Below are positions 62,061-64,000 of a DNA stretch of 64,000 bases, in pieces. Position numbers and translations under genes: made by a program. This stretch comes from Gammaproteobacteria bacterium (GTDB taxonomy: Bacteria; Pseudomonadota; Gammaproteobacteria; JBCCGL01): contig OZ255836.1 of NCBI GenBank assembly GCA_965277715.1, positions 3,648,001 through 3,712,000 of the forward strand, read 5' to 3'. The notes under the pieces were generated by a model. The model made no database searches and had not been told where the DNA came from. It saw only the letters and a program-made list of their open reading frames with translations. The stretch's first letter is position 1. Every line of letters begins with the position of its first letter.

Positions 62061-63422
62061 ATGTTAAAAAAACCTTTGCAATTATGCCTATTACTCACAT
62101 TGCTACAGCCAGGTATCGCTGCTTTTGCGAGTGATGAGGAGGCTAAACGTGATTCCGCTCAGCAGTTTGTGCAGTTACTGTTTCTGCCGCAGAGCCTCTG
62201 GAACAATCGTTTTGCCGGTATATCAGACGACTGGCAGCCAGGCAATACACCCATGGCAATCGAAATGTTGTCATTGTCACATGATGATCTGGCTTACCAC
62301 TTTGTTGATCTTTTACAGAAAAAAACGGGCCAGGAGCTGGGTTATGACGTTAACCAGTGGTTTACCTGGTGGTGGAAACAGGATGAAAGCCTGTTACAGA
62401 ATTACCCACTGTTTAAATCAAAATTGTATGGATTAATTGATAAAACATTTGAGGGGTACTTCTCGGTTGAGCGCACAGCCCGCATCCGGCTCGATGAAGT
62501 GCGCTGGGGTGGGGTAAAGCAGGATGGCATTCCACCGTTGCGCCAGCCAAAGATGATTACTGCAAAGGAAGCCGACTACCTCGATGACGATAACATTGTG
62601 TTTGGTATTGAAATTAATGGTGACGCCCGCGCTTACCCCAAACGCATTCTCGCCTGGCACGAGATGTTTGTCGATCAAATCGGTGGTATCGATTTTGCCG
62701 GGGTTTACTGCACCTTGTGTGGCGCGGTTATTTTATACAAAACCCGGCATAACGGGGTGCACCACCACCTTGGTACGAGTGGTTTTTTATACCGCTCAAA
62801 CAAATTGATGTACGACAAGAATACCCAATCACTCTGGAACACTACATGGGGTGAGCCGGTTATTGGGCCACTGGCGGATAAAAATATTCGCCTCGAACGG
62901 AGTTATCTGGTGACAACCACCTGGGGGGAATGGAAGCGCCGACACCCCGATACAACGGTGTTATCACTGGATACCGGCCATCGGCGCGATTACGGTGAGG
63001 GCATTGCCTACAAGCAGTATTTTTCAAGCGACGAACTTATGTTCAGTATCTCGACATCAGACGACCGATTGCAAAATAAAGACGAGGTACTGGCGCTGAC
63101 GTTTCCACAGCACAGCGCAAAAACGATGGCTATTGCGGCAGATTTTTTGCGCAATAAACCGGTTTATAAACAAAAGCTGGGCGAATTGGCATTTGTTGTA
63201 TTAACCGATGCCAGTGGTGCAAACCGGGTTTTTGAAACCGGCGGTGTCGAGTTTGTCTCTTACGATCAAAATGTGACGGTAACAGACAGCCTGGGCAAGC
63301 AGTGGCATATGTCAGAAGACAGGTTGTCAACCGGGGATAATGCGCTTGCCCGGCTGCCCGCGCATCGTGCATTTTGGTTTGGCTGGCACTCGGCGTTTCC
63401 GGATACAGTGCTGATCAAATAG
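62061..63422 (+). CDS. Exported DUF3179-like protein
   Basis: Signal peptide, GGVKQDGIPPL, RAYPKRILAWHEM, YCTLC, SGFLYRSNKLMYD, FWFGW. Confidence 0.8.
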   Translation: MLKKPLQLCLLLTLLQPGIAAFASDEEAKRDSAQQFVQLLFLPQSLWNNRFAGISDDWQPGNTPMAIEMLSLSHDDLAYHFVDLLQKKTGQELGYDVNQWFTWWWKQDESLLQNYPLFKSKLYGLIDKTFEGYFSVERTARIRLDEVRWGGVKQDGIPPLRQPKMITAKEADYLDDDNIVFGIEINGDARAYPKRILAWHEMFVDQIGGIDFAGVYCTLCGAVILYKTRHNGVHHHLGTSGFLYRSNKLMYDKNTQSLWNTTWGEPVIGPLADKNIRLERSYLVTTTWGEWKRRHPDTTVLSLDTGHRRDYGEGIAYKQYFSSDELMFSISTSDDRLQNKDEVLALTFPQHSAKTMAIAADFLRNKPVYKQKLGELAFVVLTDASGANRVFETGGVEFVSYDQNVTVTDSLGKQWHMSEDRLSTGDNALARLPAHRAFWFGWHSAFPDTVLIK

Positions 63423-63519
63423 CCAAAGAGGGAGTGGGGGTGTTTGGCAGCAAAGCCACAAAGCCAAACACCGCCGCTTTCCCCCGGTAGTTTTCCGGCA
63501 CCTTTCAAATGGAAAGCTG

Positions 63520-64000
63520 TTATTCAATAATAATTACCTGGCCGGTAATCACCCCTTCCACACTTTTGCAGTAGGCGAGCCCGACCCTCTCTGAAGAAAC
63601 AGGTTCGTGGCCGGGGAAAAAGCCATCGTAGCGATCAACAGAAGCCTGTAGTAGCCCAGGGCTGACAGCATTGATGCGAATACCTCTGGGCATATCGACC
63701 GCAGCACCGATGATAAATCCGTCGAGCGCGCCGTTGGCGGCCGCTGCGCAGGCACCGCCTTTAATCGGGTCGCGGTTTAACACGCCGCTGGTCAGTGTAA
63801 ATGAACCGCCGTCATTCATATGCTGAATGCCTGCTAATACCAGGTTTACCTGTGGCAGTACTTTGTGGTCGATGCCTTTCATAAATTGTTCGCCGGTCAT
63901 GGTGTCGACAGGGCCAAAATGCCCGTGCCCTACGGCGCTTACCACTGCGTCGACTTTGCCAACTTGTTGATACATGGTGCGAACGCTCTCAATATCTTCG
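63520..64000 (-). CDS. Short-chain dehydrogenase (5' end outside window)
   Basis: VGKVDAVVSAVG, GGSFTLTSG, RGIRINAVSPG. Confidence 0.85.
   Translation of the reverse strand, partial: EDIESVRTMYQQVGKVDAVVSAVGHGHFGPVDTMTGEQFMKGIDHKVLPQVNLVLAGIQHMNDGGSFTLTSGVLNRDPIKGGACAAAANGALDGFIIGAAVDMPRGIRINAVSPGLLQASVDRYDGFFPGHEPVSSERVGLAYCKSVEGVITGQVIIIE

Noticed and set aside
62061-63422. Possible selenoprotein
   Set aside because: No in-frame UGA; the CxxC motif is encoded by ordinary Cys codons.

Overview
Chromosomal window of a gammaproteobacterium; ectoine-catabolism genes hint at a saline habitat. Most of it is housekeeping: pilM (partial), mrcA, hemE, gltD, yqeY, rpsU, tsaD, plsY, bioC, a complete caa3-type cytochrome c oxidase and assembly operon, ABC transporters, gltA, argG and proA-nadD-rsfS-rlmH-maf-rng-yhdP-tldD. 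The main accessory locus is a ~7.5 kb lasso-peptide-type RiPP cluster (29715-37220): RRE, leader peptidase, cyclase, a 50-aa precursor missing from the ORF track (32396-32548, predicted core GTNGGNTNAEGNGNS) and five tailoring enzymes (two sulfotransferases, a 2OG-Fe(II) oxygenase, a glycosyltransferase-like protein and an HPr-kinase-like kinase). The core is non-canonical: its only acidic residue is at position 10 and it has no bulky plug. A second candidate system is a 72-aa basic ORF between proA and nadD, with a 21-bp hairpin inside the coding sequence and a hydrophobic tail, the architecture of ArfA/BrfA-type ribosome-rescue factors. Also present are several MITE-like palindromic elements, a heptamer-flanked remnant of a four-helix-bundle gene, a candidate sRNA and a 15-bp in-frame tandem repeat in maf. 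All calls come from reading motifs by eye; no database searches were run.
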